Shown one piece after another: positions 37,407 to 46,546 of a DNA stretch of 64,000 nucleotides. The notes below the pieces were generated by a model. The model searched no databases. It was not told where the DNA came from and worked only from the letters and a program-made list of their open reading frames with translations. Origin of the DNA: a virus; IMG/VR virus record IMGVR_UViG_3300014838_000016, positions 23,699 to 87,698 of that record; one strand, 5' to 3'. The position numbers and the translations under genes were made by a program. The stretch's first letter is position 1. Each line of letters starts with the position of its first letter.

Positions 37407-38560
37407 TGCCTGTTTACTTGAAGGACGTTTTGCCTGTCGATCTGCTGCTCAAGCACATCGAGGACGGCGTAATCCGTAAGCAGGTCCATCCCGACTATCC
37501 CGATCAGCTTTACATCCTGAATTACTCCGAGCAGGCTCAGTTCGGTCGCATCTGGGATGCGGCGACCAATGTGTGCCGTGGGTTGATCTGTGCCGTTCAG
37601 CCCGAGGGCGATATTGTGATCGCTCGCGGCTTCAACAAGTTCCACAACTACAACACGGAGTTCGTGCCCGAGACGTTGGACGCGAACCTGCCGAGCATCA
37701 CGCCGCTGGCGACCCAGAAGTTGGATGGGTCGATGGGACTGCCGTATCGCTGGGATGGTAAGTGGTGGGTTGCAACTCGTGGCTCGTTTGCTTCGGATCA
37801 GGCGAAGTGGGCGACGGAGTGGCTCCGTCGCAGCTACCCGTCCTTCCATACGGGCACGCTTTCAACGCCCGTGTGCGAAGTAATCTACAAGGAAAACCGC
37901 ATTGTCGTTGACTACGACTTTGAGGGACTCGTATTGCTCGGCTTCGTGGACAAAGCGACGGGCTACGAACTCAGTCGGCTGTTCTGTGAGGACTGGGCAT
38001 TCTCGCAATCTTTCCCTATCGTCAAGAAGTTCAACAAGACGTTGACGGAATGTGCTGCCGAGAACAACCTGAATGAAGAGGGCTACGTCTTGACTTACAC
38101 GACCCTTGCTGATGTACCGCCCCTGAAGATCAAGGTGAAGTTCGCGGACTATGTGCGCCTGCACCGCATCTTGACTGGCTTGAATCCCAAGGCGATCTGG
38201 GAAATGCTGGAGGCCGGGCAGAACGAGGCAATCGACACCATCATCGCCGACCCGACGATGCCCGCTCAATTCATCGAGTGGTTCGCTGGGTGGGTGGGGC
38301 AGTTGCGTGCTCGGTACGCTGAACTTGAGCGTAAAGCACTGGACGTGTTTAGCCTGCGGCCTTTCAAGGGTCCGTGGGCCTCGGAACCATCGAAGGAAGC
38401 CGTAGCGATGGTTCGTAAGGCGACGGCGTTGTACTTCCAGAAGACGCCCGAATTGTGCTCGATCCTGTTCGCGATGCTGGATAAAAAAGACTACGGAAGC
38501 ATTATATGGGGTAAGATCAAACCACGTGCCGATGCAACTTTCAAAAAAGATGGAGAGTGA
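37406..38560 (+). CDS. rnlA: RNA ligase, T4 Rnl1 family
   Basis: CRGLI, KFHN, KLDGS (motif I), ATRGSF, EGYV and KIKVK..DY motifs. Confidence 0.93.
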   Translation: MPVYLKDVLPVDLLLKHIEDGVIRKQVHPDYPDQLYILNYSEQAQFGRIWDAATNVCRGLICAVQPEGDIVIARGFNKFHNYNTEFVPETLDANLPSITPLATQKLDGSMGLPYRWDGKWWVATRGSFASDQAKWATEWLRRSYPSFHTGTLSTPVCEVIYKENRIVVDYDFEGLVLLGFVDKATGYELSRLFCEDWAFSQSFPIVKKFNKTLTECAAENNLNEEGYVLTYTTLADVPPLKIKVKFADYVRLHRILTGLNPKAIWEMLEAGQNEAIDTIIADPTMPAQFIEWFAGWVGQLRARYAELERKALDVFSLRPFKGPWASEPSKEAVAMVRKATALYFQKTPELCSILFAMLDKKDYGSIIWGKIKPRADATFKKDGE

Positions 38561-39167
38561 GGTTCTAGAATTTCACGCAGGGGGTCTTTGGTCTCATGAG
38601 ATTGCCCGTCGTACAGGTGTGTCTTACGGGGGAGTACAATACATACTGTCTCGTGCTGGGCTACAGCCTAATCCTAAAAATTACAAAGTTGAACGTAAAG
38701 GAAGCCTGATTGTATGCGGGACATGCCATAAACCGAAACTGGCGAAAGCATTCTATGCAAGATCAGGTTATAAACGATGCCGAAAATGCCTCAAACAGCA
38801 TAGGATTGATCGGCTCAACTCCGACCCCGTATGGTTTTTTCGAGAACGATGCGTTGCAATTCGTAAGCGGGCGAGGACGAAGGTTGGTATCACCCCTGAG
38901 TTTTTGATGGGACTGTTCACAAAACAAGGGGGTAAATGTTTTTATACCGATGTCGATATGGTTTGTTTAGCGGGCCGAGGAAAAAATCAAGCAGCTACGT
39001 CGGTAGATCGGATTAGATCGAACAAAGGCTACACCAAAAATAATGTGGTGCTCTGCACCCTTAAAGCCAATACCGTTAAGAGTAATCTGACTCTCGCGGA
39101 GTTGCAAAGCTGGCTCCCCGACTGGTTTCAGCGGTTAGTAGATGCGGGGTTAGTTTCAAATACTTGA
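38550..39167 (+). CDS. HTH + Zn-finger + HNH-like endonuclease (paralogue of 34496..35191)
   Basis: KQGGKCFYT...SVDRI....GYTKNNVVLC....N..K. Confidence 0.8.
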   Translation: MESEVLEFHAGGLWSHEIARRTGVSYGGVQYILSRAGLQPNPKNYKVERKGSLIVCGTCHKPKLAKAFYARSGYKRCRKCLKQHRIDRLNSDPVWFFRERCVAIRKRARTKVGITPEFLMGLFTKQGGKCFYTDVDMVCLAGRGKNQAATSVDRIRSNKGYTKNNVVLCTLKANTVKSNLTLAELQSWLPDWFQRLVDAGLVSNT

Positions 39168-39215
39168 AACCAAAGGGGTTATTCCTGAAGTTTTCACCGG
39201 TTTCCTTGGTATAAT
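39164..39215 (+). promoter_or_regulatory. conserved phage promoter, leaderless, heading the cca operon
   Basis: TTGAAA 39164, CCTG 39184, TATAAT 39210, ATG 39222. Confidence 0.75.
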
Positions 39216-39221
39216 ATGGGT

Positions 39222-39488
39222 ATGACACTCATCAAATCGCTGTTATCAATTTTGGGTCGTTGCACCCACAGACGGCATTCATGGCCCCAGACGATCAAGA
39301 TAGGCGACGATAAAAAGACCACGGTCGCTTGTTTGGATTGTGGCAAAAGGGTGCCGTACGATTGGGCGGGATTAGGTAAGGAAGGGAAGATCAATCCGCC
39401 CCGACTTACAGCCCCGCGCCGAACGATTTTGGACAAGCCGGGGAAATACGATCTCAGCAGTACCGCCGCAGCAGGAGCCGAAAAATGA
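39222..39488 (+). CDS. small zinc-ribbon protein
   Basis: CTH...SWPQT...CLDCGKRVPYDW. Confidence 0.7.
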   Translation: MTLIKSLLSILGRCTHRRHSWPQTIKIGDDKKTTVACLDCGKRVPYDWAGLGKEGKINPPRLTAPRRTILDKPGKYDLSSTAAAGAEK

Positions 39489-40792
39489 ACAGAGACGCGG
39501 CACTGACAGCCATCCGAAAGCTACAGGCGAACGGCTTCGAAGCGTTCCTCGTCGGCGGCTGTGTGCGCGACATGATTCTCGGCAACGAGCCGAAAGATTT
39601 CGACGTGACCACCAACGCTCTTCCACAGGACGTACAGGACATCTTCGAGAAGACCCTGCCCGTGGGTGCCAGCTTCGGCGTTGTCATCGTGGTTCTCGAC
39701 GGACACCAGATTGAGGTTGCTACTTACCGCACAGACGGTCTGTACTCGGACGGTCGCCGCCCTGACACAGTTGAGTTCGGTAAGACCGCAAAGGAAGACG
39801 TGGAACGTCGCGATTTCACCATGAACGGCTTGCTCCTGACAACGCCGATGGATTTCCCTGTCAAGGGCGTTACTGTCGAGGACCACGACATGTTCGACGG
39901 CTACGGCATCGTTGACTTCGTAGGCGGGCGGGAGGACATCAAGGCCCGACTTATCCGCTGCATCGGCGATCCCAACAAGCGGTTCACGGAGGACGCCCTG
40001 CGTATGATGCGGGCGATGCGCTTCGCCGCGAAGCTTGGCTTCGACATCGAACCTGAGACATTGAAGGCGATCACCGTCAATGCATCGAAGATGATGAACA
40101 TCAGCCGCGAGCGAGTGGCGATGGAACTGTTCAAGCTGCTGACGGCCCCGTTCCCTCTCAAGGGGCTCGTACCCCTGTTCGCCTCGGGGTTGGCGGCACA
40201 CGTGTTCCCGAAGGAATTCATGGACAACGTTCTGCTAGGCCGCACGTTACGGCGGTTTACGGAATTCCCTACGCCGAATCCAACGCTGGCGATGGCGATG
40301 TTTCTCACCGATACGTCGAACCCCAAGACGCCAATGACGATGGCCCAGAGTTTGAAGCTGAGCAACGACGAGAAGACCCAGATTGTGACGGCGCTGCTGT
40401 ACGTCAGTGCGATCCCGAAGGCGCGGGAGTACGCCAGCACGCCAGCCCACTTCATCCGAACAATGCGGGTGCCGGGAATCCAGTTGGGTCTGGAGATCGC
40501 TATCCAGAATGAAATGCTCGGCATCACGAACGTCGGCAACGAAGCCCTGATGTCCATTGTCAACGACTACAGGGGTTTGACGCCCGAGGAAATCTACCCG
40601 AAGCCGTTGGTGACGGGGGATGACCTGATCGCGGCTGGCTATACGCCGGGTCCGCGTTTCCGCGAAGTCCTGTACGCCATTGAGACGGAACAGTTGGACG
40701 GCAAGCTGACTACTCGTGAGCAGGCTCTCCAGCGGGCTATCGTGCTCATGACTGGTGTATGCACCGAACGTGTCGGCGAGGCGGGGGCGTGA
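39485..40792 (+). CDS. cca: class II tRNA nucleotidyltransferase (CCA-adding enzyme)
   Basis: VGGCVRD, DFD, EVATYR, full-length loop YSDGRRP, RRDFTMN and EDALRMMRAMRF. Confidence 0.93.
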   Translation: MNRDAALTAIRKLQANGFEAFLVGGCVRDMILGNEPKDFDVTTNALPQDVQDIFEKTLPVGASFGVVIVVLDGHQIEVATYRTDGLYSDGRRPDTVEFGKTAKEDVERRDFTMNGLLLTTPMDFPVKGVTVEDHDMFDGYGIVDFVGGREDIKARLIRCIGDPNKRFTEDALRMMRAMRFAAKLGFDIEPETLKAITVNASKMMNISRERVAMELFKLLTAPFPLKGLVPLFASGLAAHVFPKEFMDNVLLGRTLRRFTEFPTPNPTLAMAMFLTDTSNPKTPMTMAQSLKLSNDEKTQIVTALLYVSAIPKAREYASTPAHFIRTMRVPGIQLGLEIAIQNEMLGITNVGNEALMSIVNDYRGLTPEEIYPKPLVTGDDLIAAGYTPGPRFREVLYAIETEQLDGKLTTREQALQRAIVLMTGVCTERVGEAGA

Positions 40793-41433
40793 GTACCGCC
40801 CCCATCTTCTTGACGGGCACCCCTCCCTCCCGTTTCAGGATGGTCTACTTCCTGCTCGACCCAACCAGCTACAAGGAAACTAACAAGCTGGAGCAGATAG
40901 TCAGGCCGACTTTCCCCCACGTCAGATTTCTGGAATTGTGGCTTCCGCCGTATGGAGTATGCCATATCGAGAGGTACGGGACTTACGAGAAACAGGTGGA
41001 AATCTGGGCGTCCAACCTGCTTCCACTCCTGATGCCGAACACCCTGCTGGTAGGCATAGGGCGTGCGGGCACCGCCGCCTGCTGGCTGCAAGAGCATTTC
41101 CCCGACCTGAATCTGTCAGTCATGGCAGTGAACGCTCCTACCGAGTTCGGCACCAAGAGTGACTTCACCGTCGAACGCAGCCACAAGAATCGAGTGGCTT
41201 TGTTTTCCAGCAGCTACGCGCCAATCAAGGGCTACACCGAGAATTGGTCGTGGATGGCTGAGAATTCATTTGACGTGGGCTGGCTCCAGCATGGTATTCT
41301 CTCTGAGAGCGGTGCGAATCTGTGCAAGTATTCGGTGCTGTACTTCATCACCGCGTACCTCATGCTGCCTGACATAAGGGAAAAATGTTCCCGAGTCATT
41401 GGGGACGGAGAGTACGAGTCATTCCTGCCATGA
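40789..41433 (+). CDS. alpha/beta-hydrolase-like protein, probably degenerate
   Basis: TLLVGIGRAGTAA resembles a nucleophile elbow without Ser. Confidence 0.5.
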   Translation: MSTAPIFLTGTPPSRFRMVYFLLDPTSYKETNKLEQIVRPTFPHVRFLELWLPPYGVCHIERYGTYEKQVEIWASNLLPLLMPNTLLVGIGRAGTAACWLQEHFPDLNLSVMAVNAPTEFGTKSDFTVERSHKNRVALFSSSYAPIKGYTENWSWMAENSFDVGWLQHGILSESGANLCKYSVLYFITAYLMLPDIREKCSRVIGDGEYESFLP

Positions 41434-41672
41434 GACAATCTCTGTTCATCACCAAGAAGTCGTGGGCCTATTACGAACGACACTGCCGAGGCAAGATCAA
41501 GCACGTAGCCATTCATCAGGCCCAGACCCATGTCGATGACCTCAAGAAAAAGAAGCCTGCCGAAGATTTCAACTTCTACGCCTGTCGTTTCTGTTTGAAG
41601 CTGCACGTGGGGCATGTCAAGACCAACCCCACCGTCAAGGAACAGGCGCAGGCGGCGGGAGCGGGAGCTTAA
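41430..41672 (+). CDS. small zinc-binding phage protein
   Basis: CRGK...YACRFC...HVGH. Confidence 0.7.
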   Translation: MRQSLFITKKSWAYYERHCRGKIKHVAIHQAQTHVDDLKKKKPAEDFNFYACRFCLKLHVGHVKTNPTVKEQAQAAGAGA

Positions 41673-41875
41673 TGAGTCTCTGTCCGAACTGGTGCGAATG
41701 TCGTACCTGTAAACACGGTGTGAAGGTCTGCGAGGAGTGCGGCACGGGTTGTGAAGAATGCCAAGCCGAACGGGAACGACGCGAACATCAAACTGAGCAC
41801 GAAGCCAGCGTAAAACGTCAACGAGCAAAGATCAAGAGGGCACCATGGTATCAGCCGCCATCATCCGAGGCTTAA
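41672..41875 (+). CDS. small Cys-rich protein
   Basis: Four CxxC-like pairs. Confidence 0.6.
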   Translation: MSLCPNWCECRTCKHGVKVCEECGTGCEECQAERERREHQTEHEASVKRQRAKIKRAPWYQPPSSEA

Positions 41876-42066
41876 AGATCACGGGCATCATCGCGGTAAT
41901 AGCCTTTTGCGAGTTGTTGGTGATAATCGGCTGCCTCATGTTTGTCCTCGGGGCAATCAACGACCAGCCCGACGCTTCGATCTATGGCTTTGTCATTGCC
42001 GCATTCTGTGGCTACCTGATATGGTGCCTTATAGACCCTCTCATGAAGGTGATTGATGGAAAATAA
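41845..42066 (+). CDS. small two-helix membrane protein
   Basis: Two hydrophobic segments. Confidence 0.65.
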   Translation: MVSAAIIRGLKITGIIAVIAFCELLVIIGCLMFVLGAINDQPDASIYGFVIAAFCGYLIWCLIDPLMKVIDGK

Positions 42067-42796
42067 ATGGCCCAACGAGCTTCTGCTGATACGCCACGGC
42101 GAGTCCGAGGCTAACGTCCGCAAAAACGCCGCTAAAGCTAGGGGCGAGGAACCCGCGTGGACAGGCGTCATTCGGGATATGGATTCCCCGCTGACAGGAT
42201 TGGGGCTGCGGCAGGCTTACTCCCTCGGGTTGGAGCTTCGTCGCCGATACCCGTCACTGAGACCTACAAGCATCATCCAGTCTGCAAGGGGTGGGATGCT
42301 GGAATACATCATCACGTCGCCTTATCTCCGTTCACGGCAGACCACGGCTGAGATCATTAGAGGACTGGAATACTCGCCAAAAGTTGTGGTTGACGAGCGC
42401 CTTCGTGAAATTGACTTCGGGATCATGGACGGCATCGACCGCAAGCGGTTCCGCGAGCTTTTCCCGTCCGAGGCCGACCGACGCGAACGCGACGGCAAAT
42501 ACTGGTATCGCCCGCCCGGGGGCGAGAATCGTCCCGACTGCCGCCTGCGGGCGCACAGTGTTCTCGATACGTTGAATCGCGACTACGTGGACACCAAGAC
42601 CTTGATCTCGTGCCATAGTGTCATTGTGCTGGCTTTCCGTAGCTTGCTTGAACGGTGGGGTGAGGCCGAGTACATGCAGGTGGACAAGGAAGACGACGTT
42701 AAGAACTGCGGGTTGACTGTCTACAAGCGACAGAATTTTCGGCGACTCAAGTTGCAGGAATACAATACCGTGGCACTGCCAATGGGGGACTACTGA
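42056..42796 (+). CDS. histidine phosphatase superfamily protein
   Basis: RHGES, SPYLRSRQT, LREIDFG and CHS motifs. Confidence 0.92.
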   Translation: MENKWPNELLLIRHGESEANVRKNAAKARGEEPAWTGVIRDMDSPLTGLGLRQAYSLGLELRRRYPSLRPTSIIQSARGGMLEYIITSPYLRSRQTTAEIIRGLEYSPKVVVDERLREIDFGIMDGIDRKRFRELFPSEADRRERDGKYWYRPPGGENRPDCRLRAHSVLDTLNRDYVDTKTLISCHSVIVLAFRSLLERWGEAEYMQVDKEDDVKNCGLTVYKRQNFRRLKLQEYNTVALPMGDY

Positions 42797-43176
42797 TGAA
42801 GAAAGCTGAAACGACCGTACCAGTGATGGCGAACCAACGTCCGTGGAACGAACTTGTTTTACAGGGACGCCGCAAATTCAAAACCCTCAGCTTCGATTGG
42901 AAGCACCGAGGGCCGATCCTTCTTTACAACTCGCTGAAGGTCGATCTCGAAGGTTGCGAAGAGTACGAGGTCCCCGTTGAGACCGCTAAGAAGCAGCCCG
43001 TCAAGACGATTGTGGGCTTCGTGACGGTTACCGACGTGATCGACGACGGCTGGATGTACGAGGTTCTCTTGAGCAATCCGAAGAGGTTCAAAAAGCCGAT
43101 ACCGTTCGCCAAGCCAGCGGGTGCTGTGCGCGTGTTCCGAGCCCCAGCCAAACTGCTCAAGAGAGCGACCGTATGA
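42796..43176 (+). CDS. ASCH/PUA-like RNA-binding protein
   Basis: QRPWNELVLQG.......DWKHRGPILL...IVGFVTVTDV...LSNPKRF..PIP. Confidence 0.7.
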   Translation: MKKAETTVPVMANQRPWNELVLQGRRKFKTLSFDWKHRGPILLYNSLKVDLEGCEEYEVPVETAKKQPVKTIVGFVTVTDVIDDGWMYEVLLSNPKRFKKPIPFAKPAGAVRVFRAPAKLLKRATV

Positions 43177-43361
43177 AACTCATAATTTTCTGTACTGGCG
43201 AGACGCCCTTCGAGTTCGAAGTTGCCGACTACAAGGCGGTTGAGCGCAAGTGTCGGAATACCCGTGGATTATCTGGTGACGCCAAATGGGTCACCTTCAA
43301 GGAAGATGGAACCGTGAAGAGTTGTGGGCAAGTGGATGAGATGGGAGGGGTCAAAGCGTGA
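43173..43361 (+). CDS. hypothetical protein
   Basis: ATGA overlap. Confidence 0.55.
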   Translation: MKLIIFCTGETPFEFEVADYKAVERKCRNTRGLSGDAKWVTFKEDGTVKSCGQVDEMGGVKA

Positions 43362-43720
43362 AGATTTTCCTAATTTGTCCCGTTCGCAACGTGACGCCCG
43401 AGGAGACCAAGGCGATTCAAGCTTATGTCGCCGATTTGGAAGTCAAAGGGCATCAGGTCTATTGGCCTGCCCGAGACACCAATCAAGACGACCCGATAGG
43501 TCTGCGGATTTGTAAAGACAACCGCATGGCGATACTGCAAGCCGATGGCGTGCACGTTTGGTGGAATCCAGCGTCCACGGGCTCCATGTTCGATCTAGGC
43601 ATGGCATTCATGGCCCACAAATGGGTCGTTTTGGTCAACGGAGTCGAGCCGACTGTAGGCAAAAGCTTCAATAACTTTCTTCTGAAACTGCAAGAAATAG
43701 AGGAAGTTGAAAAAGCATGA
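43358..43720 (+). CDS. nucleoside 2-deoxyribosyltransferase-like protein
   Basis: KIFLICPVR, VYWPARD, AILQAD and STGSMFDLGMAF motifs. Confidence 0.7.
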   Translation: MKIFLICPVRNVTPEETKAIQAYVADLEVKGHQVYWPARDTNQDDPIGLRICKDNRMAILQADGVHVWWNPASTGSMFDLGMAFMAHKWVVLVNGVEPTVGKSFNNFLLKLQEIEEVEKA

Positions 43721-43974
43721 ACCCGTCTTTGATGGAGCCGCCGCTTACCATGGCAAAGCTGAAAGAGATTCCCACGGTGCTCGAAGCATACGATTGCAAC
43801 GACAGCCGTTCGATTCCGCCCGGGGTCCTCATGATCTTCGCCAATGGACCTGAACTCAACGACCTGATTCGGGGGATGCTCCCTGTCGGTGCCTGTGCGG
43901 AAATCATCACGTGGAGCTTTCAGCCAACTGTAGTTGGGAACTTGACCCCGATCAAAACGACAATGGAAAACTAA
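43717..43974 (+). CDS. hypothetical protein
   Basis: ATGA overlap. Confidence 0.55.
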   Translation: MNPSLMEPPLTMAKLKEIPTVLEAYDCNDSRSIPPGVLMIFANGPELNDLIRGMLPVGACAEIITWSFQPTVVGNLTPIKTTMEN

Positions 43975-44016
43975 CCAAAATTCGGATTTCTTTGGTAGAA
44001 TGGTTTAAGGGATTTC

Positions 44017-44181
44017 ATGTTTCGGGTAGACGTAGAGTCGCTTCTGATGATAGTCGCTCTGCTGGGGCTGTTTTGCATTCCAATTTTCGCAATTGTATAC
44101 GCGGCACATGCCAGCGAGTTCAAAGAGCCTTCATCCCCAACTCTCGAAGAAATGTACCCCGATGAACACCTGTTTATTTGA
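44017..44181 (+). CDS. small membrane protein (not in ORF track)
   Basis: MFRVDVESLLMIVALLGLFCIPIFAIVYAAHASEF...; follows TGGTAGAAT and AAGGGA. Confidence 0.6.
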   Translation: MFRVDVESLLMIVALLGLFCIPIFAIVYAAHASEFKEPSSPTLEEMYPDEHLFI

Positions 44182-44192
44182 AATGAGGCCAA

Positions 44193-44483
44193 ATGCGTAG
44201 CTTCAGTGTAAAAATCGACGACGGCGGGGCTTTCGGCATCGAGGAAACTTTCAGCCTGTTCGCTTCGGACATCGTAGAAGCGGCAATCAAGGCTCTCGAC
44301 ATCCTGAATGCTTTACACGAGAACATCCGCAAGACCGAGTTCGAGCTTGAACCCGAAATCCTCCGCATCGCCTACATATCGGATGAGGGCGTACTGACAG
44401 GTGGTGAAACCGCCCCAAGCGATACGTGGGTTCAGGAATTTGCCGATCAGATGATGGCGAGAATCAAAAAATTTCTATGCTAG
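44193..44483 (+). CDS. hypothetical protein
   Basis: GAGG SD. Confidence 0.65.
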   Translation: MRSFSVKIDDGGAFGIEETFSLFASDIVEAAIKALDILNALHENIRKTEFELEPEILRIAYISDEGVLTGGETAPSDTWVQEFADQMMARIKKFLC

Positions 44484-44785
44484 ACACCACCGACATCAGC
44501 CTCGTCGTTCCTTGCCATTACTACTCGCATGGCGGCTACCACTGCGTTGAAGGACATCTCTTCAAGTATGTCCACCCAGACCATAGCATGGACTTAGAGG
44601 GTGAAAAGGCGGGCGTGATTGCCGAGGTTGTCAGGGAAGAGGGCGTTCCCATCCAGTGTCCCGCCTGCGAAGGTAAGGGCGTCCTTCTGACAAGGCTTGG
44701 TCGCCAGACGATTCAGTTTTTACAAACCTACGCCTACCCGATGCTTCGGGGAATGGTGCAGAATATCATGGAGGAGAAACTGTAG
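44477..44785 (+). CDS. protein with CPACEGKG zinc motif
   Basis: DnaJ-type CxxCxGxG repeat. Confidence 0.65.
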   Translation: MLDTTDISLVVPCHYYSHGGYHCVEGHLFKYVHPDHSMDLEGEKAGVIAEVVREEGVPIQCPACEGKGVLLTRLGRQTIQFLQTYAYPMLRGMVQNIMEEKL

Positions 44786-45063
44786 TGAGCTACGAATTGG
44801 ATAAGTTCGAAGATTATCCGCAGGATGATTTCGAGGACGTGGAAGAGTCCGAAGTCGTGGACGACTTGGACGACGAGTTGCCCGGGATTGATGTGTACGA
44901 CGACGAGGCGTACTACTACGATCCCTACGAGGGGTACGAGGAAGACGAAAAGCTTGAAGAGGCCGAAGCCGACACCGTTTGTACGAAGTGCGACGGTACT
45001 GGCGAGTTTCCCGAGGACCGCCTGTGCAAAGCGTGTAGGGGTCTCGGCTACATTGGTGAGTAA
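44785..45063 (+). CDS. highly acidic protein with C-terminal CxxCxGxG zinc finger
   Basis: Asp/Glu/Tyr-rich N-terminus; CTKCDGTG...CKACRGLG. Confidence 0.7.
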   Translation: MSYELDKFEDYPQDDFEDVEESEVVDDLDDELPGIDVYDDEAYYYDPYEGYEEDEKLEEAEADTVCTKCDGTGEFPEDRLCKACRGLGYIGE

Positions 45064-45316
45064 AGAGATCACCATTACGCCTGACGGCAAGGCTGTAGTG
45101 ACCCAGACCATGAACCTTGACGGCAGCGGTCAGGTGTACTTCCGTTCGTTGCTCGGAACATGCGGCCCGATCTGCGGCAAAGCTGGGCACGACGACAACG
45201 ACAAGCCCCACGTCCGCAACGAGGCGTGCTGGAACTGGAAGTCTGAGTTCCTCCATCTGGGCGAGGTCCGCGTGCTGTCGGTCGCTTTCAAACCCACCAC
45301 CGAATACCCCCTGTAA
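45056..45316 (+). CDS. hypothetical protein
   Basis: GTG start overlapping the upstream gene. Confidence 0.5.
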   Translation: MSKEITITPDGKAVVTQTMNLDGSGQVYFRSLLGTCGPICGKAGHDDNDKPHVRNEACWNWKSEFLHLGEVRVLSVAFKPTTEYPL

Positions 45317-45320
45317 GGTG

Positions 45321-45372
45321 TTGAAAACAAAGACATAAATCCTATAGTTTTCCCCCTCTTTTTGGGTATAAT
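45321..45372 (+). promoter_or_regulatory. conserved phage promoter, leaderless
   Basis: TTGAAAA 45321, CCTA 45341, TATAAT 45367, ATG 45379. Confidence 0.8.
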
Positions 45373-45378
45373 AGGCAC

Positions 45379-45897
45379 ATGAGCGCAGAACAAGAGCAGA
45401 ACTTCTTAGCCGCCGAACGAGCCGAAGGAATCTCCGAATTCTCCCGCGAAGAAGCCGCCCAGACGCCGCACGACATTCTCTACAACAAAGTGATGGCTCT
45501 CAAGGCTGACCTGCCCCGCCTGACATTTGGCTACATCGGCAATTACGAGTACGGCCAAGATCACACCACATGGTACATTTTCCTCCCGCATTTTGGTCGT
45601 GTCGGCACCTATAGCGACAGCGTTTACGTCGGCGAAGGCCGCGACACGGACAAATTCACCAAGGCGCTCGCGAATTGGGACAAGCTAGAAGTCGTCGTAC
45701 GCCGCCAGTACGCCGCCGACCCGGACCGCATCGAACGCCTGACCCTCCGCGACGGGCGGTTGTATCATTCCAATGGGACCCTCTCCAAGTACAGCACCCC
45801 CAACAATCAATTCTACTCATTCAAGCCGTTTGCCAACGAAGCCGAAGCCGAGGCGTGGCTAGACAGCTACCAGTATCCCGCGACGGTGAAGGTGTAA
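45379..45897 (+). CDS. hypothetical early protein
   Basis: Leaderless ORF. Confidence 0.75.
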   Translation: MSAEQEQNFLAAERAEGISEFSREEAAQTPHDILYNKVMALKADLPRLTFGYIGNYEYGQDHTTWYIFLPHFGRVGTYSDSVYVGEGRDTDKFTKALANWDKLEVVVRRQYAADPDRIERLTLRDGRLYHSNGTLSKYSTPNNQFYSFKPFANEAEAEAWLDSYQYPATVKV

Positions 45898-46151
45898 TGA
45901 GCAAACAAGAACAGGCCGCAATATTCGTGGATATCGTTGTCGCCGAAATACGGCGTCGGACGACCATGGATCAGAAACGAGCCAAGGCCCTGATCGAAGA
46001 AATGTGGAGCGAGGGATACACGCTGGCGTCGGCTGGCAGCCAGAAAATGTGGCACTGGTTCTGCTACGAGACCGAGCGCAGTCCGTCCTCGGACTGGTGG
46101 TACAAACGAATTGAGAACGCCGTGCTGCGGCGGACAGGATGGGCAAACTAA
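45897..46151 (+). CDS. hypothetical protein
   Basis: TAATG coupling. Confidence 0.65.
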   Translation: MSKQEQAAIFVDIVVAEIRRRTTMDQKRAKALIEEMWSEGYTLASAGSQKMWHWFCYETERSPSSDWWYKRIENAVLRRTGWAN

Positions 46152-46546
46152 TGAGCACGCTACGCATCACATTGGCGGAACTCCGCAAACTCGAACAGGA
46201 CGGTACTGTTGAACTCATTCGCTACAGCAATGAGGTTGGACGCCTCGGTGCCGAAGTAAAGACGATTCTCGTTTTGGAGAAACCCGCGAATATTGCTACA
46301 GGCGCAGAGATCAAAGACTTCTGGGACAACGGTTGGGACGGGAACTATTACCACGACGATTGGGACGAGCCCGTTCAGGACGAACAGGGCAAATGGATTT
46401 TGGAAGACGGCAAACTGTATAATCTCGACAGGCTCGGCTATTGCTGCTGGCAGGGTCCGAGCAGCGGGGTGGGTGCGCGGCGGTACGATCAGCTCGCTAC
46501 CATACCGTTCGTCGAAGCATTTCTCGCATGGAAGGGGAAACGATGA
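46151..46546 (+). CDS. hypothetical protein
   Basis: TAATG coupling. Confidence 0.65.
   Translation: MSTLRITLAELRKLEQDGTVELIRYSNEVGRLGAEVKTILVLEKPANIATGAEIKDFWDNGWDGNYYHDDWDEPVQDEQGKWILEDGKLYNLDRLGYCCWQGPSSGVGARRYDQLATIPFVEAFLAWKGKR

Noticed and set aside
44040-44110. Hammerhead ribozyme core CTGATGA
   Set aside because: It lies inside a plausible small membrane-protein ORF, with no matching GAAA and stems.
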